64,000 nucleotides of DNA from positions 32,001 to 96,000 of IMG/VR virus record IMGVR_UViG_3300028829_002760; one strand, 5' to 3'. Source of the DNA: a virus. A model generated the notes under the pieces. The model was not told the DNA's origin. It made no database searches and saw nothing but the letters and a program-made list of their open reading frames with translations. The position numbers were made by a program, and so were the translations under genes. Positions 38,212 through 47,324 of the stretch are shown piece after piece. Each line of letters opens with the position of its first letter. The first letter of the stretch is position 1.

Positions 38212-39465
38212 ATGCCAAGAAAAATTGAAAATACAACAAAAGCACACTTAATTAGTGTGCCATTACCACAACATGGTGCTACTTATACTGTAATTAGTCA
38301 TCAATTTGTTATGGATTATGCAGTTCAGCAGCTACAAACTGCTGGATTTACTATTTCAGATGCACAGTACAGATGTACTGCTGATGGACAGATTGCTCAA
38401 GGTATCTATAGATTAAGTTATAATCAAGATCCTGAGTTATCAATGATGTTTGCTTGGACAAACAGTTATAACAAACAAGTAAAATTTAAGTGTGTAGTTG
38501 GTGCTTATATAAATAACACAGGATCCGTGATGGTATCAGGTGATATTGGTAATTGGGTTAGAAAACATACAGGTACTGCAGACACTGAAACTAAAGATAC
38601 TATAGATGATTATATTACTAATGCACATATGTATTATAATCAATTATTATCTGATAAAAAAGTTATGGAATCAATAGATCTTAATAGGAGAAAACAATCT
38701 CAATTATTAGGTGTGTTGTTTGCTGAATATGAAATCCTTACTACAGAACAAGCAAGTATGGTTAGAGACCAAATGAAAAAACCTTTACATGTATTTGCAA
38801 GCTCTGATAGTTTATGGGCATTTTATAATTATGTAACCGTAGCTCTTCAGAAATCTCATCCTAGAACTTGGATGGAAGATCAAAGAATTCTACATTTCTT
38901 TATATCTACAATTGGAAAATTTGAAACAATAGCACAGCCTCAAGTTTCACAACCTGTAACGACTCCTGTTATTGAAAATAATACAAATGAAGACACTGAA
39001 GAATTTGTAGACCCAAATCAAACATCAATTTTAGATCAGATTGATTCAGTAGATGTAGAAGAAGCTGACGAAGAAGTTGGTGAACTTATAGTTACTGGAG
39101 ATGCTGTACTTGATACAGAAGAAAATGTAGTTGATCTTGATGCTGAAGAAGATGTTACATCTGATAACGATGATAATTGGGATTTAGAAAACCCCGTATA
39201 TGATGAAGATCAGATTGCAGAACGTATCAGAGAAGATAAAGCAAGAGAACAAGAAGCTACAGAAGTTGTTGTTGAAGAAGCAACAGCAGAAGCTGATTTT
39301 AATGCTGATGTTGAAATGCAAGAGATAAAAACTGAAGAGGTTATTAAAGAAAAAATAACTGAAGATGAAGTTATAGATGAAAAATTTGCAATAAAAGATG
39401 ATTTTAGTCTAGACTTCAATGAAGAAACTGATAGTGATCAGGATAACGTACCTGATTTCTTTTAG
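38212..39465 (+). CDS. DUF932-like protein with long acidic C-terminal tail
   Basis: TY..ISH, NSY..., KHTG, SLW.FYN.VT motifs; D/E-rich last ~170 aa. Confidence 0.55.
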   Translation: MPRKIENTTKAHLISVPLPQHGATYTVISHQFVMDYAVQQLQTAGFTISDAQYRCTADGQIAQGIYRLSYNQDPELSMMFAWTNSYNKQVKFKCVVGAYINNTGSVMVSGDIGNWVRKHTGTADTETKDTIDDYITNAHMYYNQLLSDKKVMESIDLNRRKQSQLLGVLFAEYEILTTEQASMVRDQMKKPLHVFASSDSLWAFYNYVTVALQKSHPRTWMEDQRILHFFISTIGKFETIAQPQVSQPVTTPVIENNTNEDTEEFVDPNQTSILDQIDSVDVEEADEEVGELIVTGDAVLDTEENVVDLDAEEDVTSDNDDNWDLENPVYDEDQIAERIREDKAREQEATEVVVEEATAEADFNADVEMQEIKTEEVIKEKITEDEVIDEKFAIKDDFSLDFNEETDSDQDNVPDFF

Positions 39466-39483
39466 TGTGTAAATTAATGTTTC

Positions 39484-39516
39484 AAAGGGAGCCCTAACGG
39501 GTTCCCTTTTTTTTTT
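39484..39516. terminator. Terminator between convergent blocks
   Basis: AAAGGGAGCCC-TAAC-GGGTTCCCTTT plus long T-tract. Confidence 0.8.
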
Positions 39517-39662
39517 CAGTCCCAATTAAACTGTATACTTATTATTGTAAAGAATAATTCAAAAGTATGATAATTTTCTTCATCGTCAGGTTCTAAGTAA
39601 CTCCAACCTAATAAACATCTTGAATGAGGCCATGTAATATGTATACGTATGTCATATCCCAT
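39516..39662 (-). CDS. 48-aa microprotein (not in ORF track)
   Basis: TAATG coupling to the giant gene; MGYDIRIHITWPH...QFNWD*. Confidence 0.5.
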   Translation of the reverse strand: MGYDIRIHITWPHSRCLLGWSYLEPDDEENYHTFELFFTIISIQFNWD

Positions 39663-42600
39663 TATTGTCCTAATCTAGTTTGTGATTTTATCATATTTTT
39701 TATAGTATATTCTGGATCTTCAGAAGAACCTGTACGTCCAAATACTTTACGGAACTTAGCCCATATTTTAAGGTCTCCTTTTTCTTTCCAACTCATTGTA
39801 CCTACATCTCTCTTGTATCTATCCATCTCAGAAAAAGTTACAAAGTCTAAAACGTCCCCCATTATATCTGCATAAAGAACTATTGTATTATACCAAGCAC
39901 TAGTTGTTTGTGTTATCATTTTAGTATAATCATCCATACCCAGGTTAAGACCTTTTATAGATGGTAGTGGAACAAATGCAGATGACTCAGCTTGAGCACC
40001 CAGTATTAGTAAAAGCATATGGTTAGATAAAAATCCATAAGTATTAAATGTATCTTGTCCATATGCACCTGATCTCTTTTTAATTTTATCCCATTTATCA
40101 TCATCTTCTGGATCAAATCCAAATAACATTAAAGCAAGTAAACTTAATCCTATTACTGCCATTCCTTCCCCAGCCATTTTTCTTAGTGATACTTTTTCTT
40201 CTGTAGATAAGTAAGCTGCATTTCTACCTGCAGATTTTATTGTTTTAACTAAGGCCTGAAATGCTGTAACATAAAAACCTTTACCATATGATGTAGTTGC
40301 CCAATCATATCGTTCCCCTCCACGAGTCCATGTTGCAGTTTTAGAATCAAATCCAAATCTATTCATAAACATTGGAGTAAACCATTTTCTCATAAAGAAA
40401 AACATTTTATAAAGTAGTAACTTATTACCTTCAGCTTGTCCTATTGCATCATATGTACCAAATAGTTTACGTGATGTACCTTGAATTCTATTTTTTAATC
40501 CAAGAAATTTTTCTGACTTAGCAATAATTATTTCTTGACCATCTTCTAACTGTACAGCAGTTTTAATTCTATTTTTAGCTTTAAGTTCTTCTACAGGTAT
40601 GTAATACTTTTTAGCTATCTCTTCTAAAGTTTCCCCTCTTTGATACTCATGAAATACTGGAAGATTACTCCACCCAGGATGTATCCCAGACTTTAATCTA
40701 ATAATACCTTCCGCATCTTTTTCCCAAGCATCTATATATCTCATTGTTTTTTTAGTACCATCAGTAAGAAGTTGATCTATTTTTTGACCAAACATAAAGG
40801 CCCCAAATAGAGAAACAGACACTTGCATCTCACCAAATTTTCTGTGCATATACATCCACTCCCCATTAGCTAGATCTTTTATTAATGATCTTTCTATTTC
40901 TTTACCAAACTGATCTTTAGATTTAAATACAGGATCAAAAAATTGAATTAATTGAGTAGAGATGGCCCCTGGTCCAGTTTGATAAATTCCTTTAGTAGTC
41001 CACTCTAACATGGATTTTTCTGCCCAAGGTCTTGCAAGTGCAAAATCTTTAAGTGTAATAAATTCAGCTCCTAAACCTTCAATAAGAACTTGAACATATG
41101 CTCCATACTTGTTTTTTAAATCCGATGGGATATTAACCGCGAGAGATCCCATTGCAGATAAACCTTGCAAAGTTCCCATCATTTTACCAAACACAGGATG
41201 AGTTTCTTCAATACCTTCTACCAATCTACCAAAGTATTCTCTTTCTATTAAAGATTTAACTTGACCTAATCTATTGTTAGTAGAAAATTTCTTTTTAGCT
41301 TTTTGCAGCTGTCCTTTTAAGTTAAAGATACCTTTATCAAATTTTTCTAATTCTTTAGGAGCATTAGCTGGATCTTCTAATGTATCTAAGATAGAGTTAA
41401 CAAGAGGTAAGCTTTCTAATAATTTAGATTGTGTTTGTACAGACAATGCATATCTAAATAATCCACTGAATGTATCTGCATCAGTAATTTCTTGATCTAT
41501 ATTATATATACCTGAAACAGGAACATAAGTAATTTGATTACCATCAAGATTAGTATTTACTAAGTTATTTTTAGCATCATAATTAAAATCTAATTCAGCA
41601 TCCACTTTTGTTTTTACAAAAGATTGTCTAACCCATTCTTTTACATTTCTACCAAGCTCTCCAAATCTTTTACCATAAGTTCCTTTTTGCATAGCTTGCC
41701 AAATATCACCTCTTTTTAAAGCATATCTAGGCATATCTAAGTAAAGCTTACTATAATTACTTACACCTTCTTGATTAGCTAAATGATATTCTGTAATAGC
41801 ATCAATTAATTTATATTCAGCGTTGTTAGCTGATTTCATCTGGAAGTATTTTTCATTTATAAACCTTCCATCTTTAGCACTATACTTTTGACCTGGTTGA
41901 TATAATCTAGGTAACCATTGATTTTTATTATCTATATACTTACCTACATAATCTGCTTTTTTAGCACCAAATGGTATAGTTCTGTATTCATCTTTAACTT
42001 CATTTCTTGAATGTCTAATACCAGGAGCTCCTTTTAATAAAATTGGCTCACCTGTATTTTTATCAATGATTTCAGTAAACTTAATGTATTTTTCATCAGT
42101 TGGTGATGATACGTTATTTGCAGAGGTTCTTTTAAAATAACTTTCATATGCTTTAGTTTCTCTATTATACTTTTGTATTGTATAATGATTTATTTCAAAC
42201 CACTCTCTAAGCTTTTGATCTTCTTCTAATAGTTCTTGAAACTCATCTCCATTAACTACATCTTCAACTTCATCTTCTGATACTTCTTCTATATCTAATC
42301 TTGATAAATTATAGTTTAATGCTTCCATGTAATATATAGTAGGAAGTTTCTCAGTCATTGATCCTAACTCAGCTATAATTTGATTCATTCTAGTAACATC
42401 CTGTCCAGATATACCAGTCTCTTCTACTTTATCAAGTAAATAAAAATATCTTTCTGCTTCAGGACTTCCACTTTCCAATGCACCGTCCGTGGCTTTTTGT
42501 GATAATCTATTAAACTCATCTGCATCATCTCTAGTTAATCCAGTTCTACTATCTATATTTGCTCTATAATCAGATATTTCTTGTTCTAGATCTCTAACTC

Positions 42601-45600
42601 TTTCAAGTCTATCATTACCCATATCAGAACTGTTTGGTTCTCCAGCTTGATCTTTATAAGTAAAAACTAAGTCTCCAATTATTTTATAAGCACCTGCTAC
42701 ATCAAACTGATTTCTACCAGTTTCTTGTATTCTTTCTTGTATTTCTCTAAGCTCAGTGAGAAGATCATTTTTCATTTCCCAATACTCAGGATCAATATCC
42801 ATTCTTAGGTTTTGTCTTTCCCACATTTTCATTTCACGTTTATACTCTTTATCACCTGGAAGTATGTCTTTAGTAGCTAATAGATCTACAAATTCATTGT
42901 ATGCACTTTGTAGCATTCCTTCCATAGGTCTCCGCTCATAAAATTCTTTTGTAGCTTCTCTGTGTTCTTGAAGTACATTTGCAATACTTAAATCATATAT
43001 ACCTTTAGCTTCATCATCTACTTTAGGTGTGCCATCTTCATATGTTAATGCAAATAATTGTTGGTACTCTCTAAATGCTGCTTTTATAGTTGAGTATTCT
43101 TGAAACCTTTCTAACTCATTTTCCATTGAGTTTACAAGGTTGTTATATGCAGCTAGTTTTTGTTTTCTTACATAGTATGCTAATTTACCTGCTTTAGATT
43201 GTTTAAATATATCATCTTTTTCATAAAACTCTGGAACAAAATCTTGCCACATATAATCTTTTTTAAATGTGTCAAATTCAAATTGTGCATCAGCAATTTT
43301 ATTTACATCTTCACTCTTTTTAGCTTCTTCTAAATTATATTCTAATAGATCGTAATGATATCTATAATCTTTAAAAGCCCCGTGATAAGACCATATTTTT
43401 TTTTCAATAGGTTTACCTTCTTTATCTACCCAAAATACTGTATCTAAAAACCCTAACTTTTCCCTCATAGCAGGAGAATTTAATTTGGAAAATCCTACAG
43501 CAGGTAGTAGTTTTTCAAGTTTTTTTCTAAATTTTAGAGACTTTTCCCAAACAATATTTTCTACCTGTGACTTTTCATTCTCTATAAACATAGATAATGG
43601 GCCCACAACTACATCATTAGAAGAACTATAACTTTCTAACCATCTATTAAACCAAGTTATATCATGTGCTCCTCCAGTAAGTGCTTCAGTTATTTTATCT
43701 TTATCTATAACAATATCTTTGTATTCTTGTAAAAAACCTTTTAGTATATCTTTAGGAACTCCTTTTTCAATTAATGCGTCTATATCAGAATCTTCAATTG
43801 TATTTGTAGTTACTTTATAATAAAGATCATTTACAGCATTTTCTAATTCAACAGGGTTTAATGCTCTTTTTAAAGCTGTACCAAGATTTTCTCTAAGTCT
43901 TTTTTCAACATACTCAGACATGTATCCTGTAATCTCTACATAAAACTGTACGTTGTTAGTTTTTAATAAGTTTGCAATATTAGTATTTACCCTAGTTATA
44001 TTTTGTACAATTTCATTTAGATTGTTATAAAATGGATTTGATGAATCTATTATCTTTCCATCTATACTCAATGCTTCATTTATCTCTTCAACCATCTTTA
44101 ACCAGGCTTTAGAGTTCTGCTTGTACAACATTAATAAAGCTATAGTACTTCTATTATTAATGTTAGACTTATTTATCTTATTAATGTTGGACAGCATATT
44201 TTTTAACATGCTGTTTGTAGTGTCTAAAGTATTTACTAATGCAGTTGCTCGTTGAAGATCTGCATCTAAAGATTCTTTTACGGCATCCAGTGCATTTTGA
44301 ATTTTTTCATTTTCATCAAACTCCTCTACATCCGTGTTAAGGTAATCTTTTAATGTGCTAGTTACTTCTCTTAAGTATCTAGTAGTTCCTTTTTGAAATA
44401 ATGTTTCTTTTAACATTGTTCTAGAAACCTTATCTCCTTTAAAATTTTCAGCCTCAGTTAAAACTCGTTTAGTGGTCTCATAAATCTGATCTATCATTTT
44501 TTGCATAGATTCTTTATCAGAGAACTTATCTAATTCTTTAGCTCTAGCAAGTACATCTCTACCGAACATCACAAGATCTTCCTCTTTTAAGTTATTGGGA
44601 ATATCTATATCTATTTCTTTTTCAAGGAGCATTTCAGATAAATCCTCTATTGAAGTATCCACATCTAGTTTAGAAATTTTTACTTTACTACCAAAAACTT
44701 TTCTAAGTATTTGCTTGATTGCGTTCAGTAATCTATTAATAAAACTATCAAATCCCTCTGTGTTGATTTGATCGTTCATCTTATTGATTGCTTTTAATTG
44801 TAGTGCGTATGCTAATACTTCCTCCTTAAATAGATCAGTATTTTGATCTAGTTCAGGGTATTGAGATTCTACATAAAATTTTATACCTTGACCCTCCTCA
44901 GTTGAGATAGCTTCTTTATAAAGTTTTTGGAATAAGATATTGTTCTTCATTCTTAATCCTTGAAGCAGCGGGTGTGAAAACTCATGTAATACTGTTCTAG
45001 GAGTTATGTTTTCTCCTACTAGATATACAGTACCTGCGTAATAGAAACCAGGTTCACCGTTATATTTGACCTGTCTGTTTTGTAATATCTTTGAGGCTTC
45101 TTCCTTAGTTATATTTTCGTATCTTACATCTAAACCTACCGATAACCTTTGTGCAAGCATTTCAGCTAGTTGTTTTGATCTTTGATTTTGCAATTGTTCT
45201 ACATTTAGTGATACAAAATCTACCCCATAAATAGCAGTATCTGTAACTTCTTTTGTAGTTTCTTTAGATTTAACTTTTTGATTAGCCGATATATCACCTT
45301 TTTTAATTTTAGCTAAAGTTTCATTAGCTTCTTTTAAAGCTTCTTCTTTAGATAGTCCAAGGTCATTTTGAAAACTCATTGTAGCCTGAATAACATCTTC
45401 TAATTGTTCTAATGCATTAGAATAATTATTTATATTAAATAACCTTCTTATAAAGTCTAATAGTTCTTCAAATAAATTAGAAAACTCTTTTTTATTCATT
45501 GGAGGAACTTGTCTTAATAGCTCCTGAAACTCTGGATTTGTTAATGCTTCTGCAAATAATTCATCTGTATTTGTAAACCCATAAGGCATTGAAAACTGAT

Positions 45601-47323
45601 ATGCACCCATTAAAGATTTATCTTGCAATATTATTACTTGATCTTTTAAGTACTTTAAAAACTTATCATAAGGATTTCTATCTGCTCCCTGCAATTTTTC
45701 CCTTCTTGTTTTATTAGGTAGTGCATCAAATTCTTTTTTCTTAAGTGTATCAACTCTATAGGATTCTGCTGCAATTGCAATTGTACTTAGTGAATGAACA
45801 ATTTCATGCATTACTAATCTTTCTGGATCTACTCTAAATCTTTCACTATTATGATGTAGGTTTATATATTGTCCTGTAATATAACTAGCTTCAACATCAG
45901 CTATAAATGTATATTTATCATTTAATCTTTTAACTTTAGCATTATAATATGCTGCAGTACCTTTCTTTTCTTCTGAAAATAAATGTAATACGTTTATAGG
46001 AATATTATTTTTTTCAGCAAATGGAATTAATTTTTTAGCTAAATCTTTATATTCACTATCAGGGTTATTAGCTATGTTTTGTAATATAGTTACAGTATCT
46101 GAAGTAGCAGGAATATGTAGGGATGAGTCATAATCTGGAAATATTTTTTTAATCTTTTCTTTAGCCTCAATAGGAAGTACATCTTTTTTGCTAAACTCTA
46201 TTTCTTGATTCATCCATGTTGAAGCCTGAAACAACTTCCTCATTAAAATAGCCTTCTCTATATTAGGATTTTGTTGTAACTCTCTATTTTTAAATTCTAA
46301 AATTCTTGTTACCTGATTGTCAATTCTATCATTGACTAATTGTTTCCAGTTAGGTATAATTTTTATAAAATTAGATAAGGTTTCAAGTTTTTTAGTTTTA
46401 GATTTTATAGCATTGCTATAAGTAAAAACTTTATTTTTTGTAAATTTAATATTAGATTTTATTTTTTTTACAGCATTTCTACCTAAAAAAGCAATTGCTT
46501 GAGCATCACTTTTGAATTTATTTTCTTCATATAAAGATTTAAAATATTTTTTAATTGTAGCTTGATTCTTTTTTGAATAACTAGATATCTTACTTTTGTC
46601 TTTATATTTAATAAAACCATTTATAACATTTAATTCTAATTCAAGTTCTTCAACTGCTTTTTTAGTATTATCTATTGCTTCTTTTAGATAATAATCATTT
46701 GATTTTATATCTTTTAATGCTTCTTTTATAGCATTTGGAATTTCAGTAGATTTATTAAAAGCTTCTAGTCTTTCAGTAAGAGAAGACTTTCTATCTAATT
46801 GTTGAAGTTTTGTTTGTCTTAAAACTTCTCGACCAAATATATTTTCAAGTAAATTTTCTACTATAGTAGACATAACATAAGCGTCATCGTTATACCAAAT
46901 ATCTCTTTTAATACCTTTTCTATTTCTCATGTAATAAGGTCTTTCTTTTAAAGAAAGCTTATTCATTATCATATTTGATACATCTTCTACTTCATCAAAA
47001 GACATTATAGATCTAACATCTTCTTCAGACATAAACTTAATTCCAGGTGCAATTTTTTGAGATACATTTATAGAATTAAACTGAACTGAATTAAAATTAT
47101 CCTGAAAAATTTCAAAAAGAGCTTCATTGGGAACTGCTTCTGATAATCTTAAATTAAATAGTTTTTCACCAAGTGGTCTTAAACCATACTTTATCTCTGC
47201 TAAAGATGTCATCTTATCATTTAGATCATCAAATAGCTTTTCATCGACTACTTTATTAACTTCATCAATAGCTCCTTGCTTTTGTAGATAGTTTACTGAA
47301 TTTATTTGTACTTCACAGGCCAT
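39662..47323 (-). CDS. Giant virion/ejection protein (2553 aa) with two zincin motifs, LysM domain and C-terminal hydrophobic helices
   Basis: HEIVH (45794-45808), HEFSH (44972-44986), LysM-like at 40520-40651; position next to vRNAP as in crAss-like phages. Confidence 0.75.
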   Translation of the reverse strand: MACEVQINSVNYLQKQGAIDEVNKVVDEKLFDDLNDKMTSLAEIKYGLRPLGEKLFNLRLSEAVPNEALFEIFQDNFNSVQFNSINVSQKIAPGIKFMSEEDVRSIMSFDEVEDVSNMIMNKLSLKERPYYMRNRKGIKRDIWYNDDAYVMSTIVENLLENIFGREVLRQTKLQQLDRKSSLTERLEAFNKSTEIPNAIKEALKDIKSNDYYLKEAIDNTKKAVEELELELNVINGFIKYKDKSKISSYSKKNQATIKKYFKSLYEENKFKSDAQAIAFLGRNAVKKIKSNIKFTKNKVFTYSNAIKSKTKKLETLSNFIKIIPNWKQLVNDRIDNQVTRILEFKNRELQQNPNIEKAILMRKLFQASTWMNQEIEFSKKDVLPIEAKEKIKKIFPDYDSSLHIPATSDTVTILQNIANNPDSEYKDLAKKLIPFAEKNNIPINVLHLFSEEKKGTAAYYNAKVKRLNDKYTFIADVEASYITGQYINLHHNSERFRVDPERLVMHEIVHSLSTIAIAAESYRVDTLKKKEFDALPNKTRREKLQGADRNPYDKFLKYLKDQVIILQDKSLMGAYQFSMPYGFTNTDELFAEALTNPEFQELLRQVPPMNKKEFSNLFEELLDFIRRLFNINNYSNALEQLEDVIQATMSFQNDLGLSKEEALKEANETLAKIKKGDISANQKVKSKETTKEVTDTAIYGVDFVSLNVEQLQNQRSKQLAEMLAQRLSVGLDVRYENITKEEASKILQNRQVKYNGEPGFYYAGTVYLVGENITPRTVLHEFSHPLLQGLRMKNNILFQKLYKEAISTEEGQGIKFYVESQYPELDQNTDLFKEEVLAYALQLKAINKMNDQINTEGFDSFINRLLNAIKQILRKVFGSKVKISKLDVDTSIEDLSEMLLEKEIDIDIPNNLKEEDLVMFGRDVLARAKELDKFSDKESMQKMIDQIYETTKRVLTEAENFKGDKVSRTMLKETLFQKGTTRYLREVTSTLKDYLNTDVEEFDENEKIQNALDAVKESLDADLQRATALVNTLDTTNSMLKNMLSNINKINKSNINNRSTIALLMLYKQNSKAWLKMVEEINEALSIDGKIIDSSNPFYNNLNEIVQNITRVNTNIANLLKTNNVQFYVEITGYMSEYVEKRLRENLGTALKRALNPVELENAVNDLYYKVTTNTIEDSDIDALIEKGVPKDILKGFLQEYKDIVIDKDKITEALTGGAHDITWFNRWLESYSSSNDVVVGPLSMFIENEKSQVENIVWEKSLKFRKKLEKLLPAVGFSKLNSPAMREKLGFLDTVFWVDKEGKPIEKKIWSYHGAFKDYRYHYDLLEYNLEEAKKSEDVNKIADAQFEFDTFKKDYMWQDFVPEFYEKDDIFKQSKAGKLAYYVRKQKLAAYNNLVNSMENELERFQEYSTIKAAFREYQQLFALTYEDGTPKVDDEAKGIYDLSIANVLQEHREATKEFYERRPMEGMLQSAYNEFVDLLATKDILPGDKEYKREMKMWERQNLRMDIDPEYWEMKNDLLTELREIQERIQETGRNQFDVAGAYKIIGDLVFTYKDQAGEPNSSDMGNDRLERVRDLEQEISDYRANIDSRTGLTRDDADEFNRLSQKATDGALESGSPEAERYFYLLDKVEETGISGQDVTRMNQIIAELGSMTEKLPTIYYMEALNYNLSRLDIEEVSEDEVEDVVNGDEFQELLEEDQKLREWFEINHYTIQKYNRETKAYESYFKRTSANNVSSPTDEKYIKFTEIIDKNTGEPILLKGAPGIRHSRNEVKDEYRTIPFGAKKADYVGKYIDNKNQWLPRLYQPGQKYSAKDGRFINEKYFQMKSANNAEYKLIDAITEYHLANQEGVSNYSKLYLDMPRYALKRGDIWQAMQKGTYGKRFGELGRNVKEWVRQSFVKTKVDAELDFNYDAKNNLVNTNLDGNQITYVPVSGIYNIDQEITDADTFSGLFRYALSVQTQSKLLESLPLVNSILDTLEDPANAPKELEKFDKGIFNLKGQLQKAKKKFSTNNRLGQVKSLIEREYFGRLVEGIEETHPVFGKMMGTLQGLSAMGSLAVNIPSDLKNKYGAYVQVLIEGLGAEFITLKDFALARPWAEKSMLEWTTKGIYQTGPGAISTQLIQFFDPVFKSKDQFGKEIERSLIKDLANGEWMYMHRKFGEMQVSVSLFGAFMFGQKIDQLLTDGTKKTMRYIDAWEKDAEGIIRLKSGIHPGWSNLPVFHEYQRGETLEEIAKKYYIPVEELKAKNRIKTAVQLEDGQEIIIAKSEKFLGLKNRIQGTSRKLFGTYDAIGQAEGNKLLLYKMFFFMRKWFTPMFMNRFGFDSKTATWTRGGERYDWATTSYGKGFYVTAFQALVKTIKSAGRNAAYLSTEEKVSLRKMAGEGMAVIGLSLLALMLFGFDPEDDDKWDKIKKRSGAYGQDTFNTYGFLSNHMLLLILGAQAESSAFVPLPSIKGLNLGMDDYTKMITQTTSAWYNTIVLYADIMGDVLDFVTFSEMDRYKRDVGTMSWKEKGDLKIWAKFRKVFGRTGSSEDPEYTIKNMIKSQTRLGQ

Positions 47324-47324
47324 G

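Noticed and set aside
6835-39419. Overlapping alternative-frame or antisense ORFs (6835, 7702, 8417, 9803, 10159, 10220, 11989, 12481, 13745, 15121, 24576, 25538, 26277, 30767, 30831, 35661, 35794, 37297, 39210)
   Set aside because: They overlap better-supported genes or the RNA array and show no recognisable motifs
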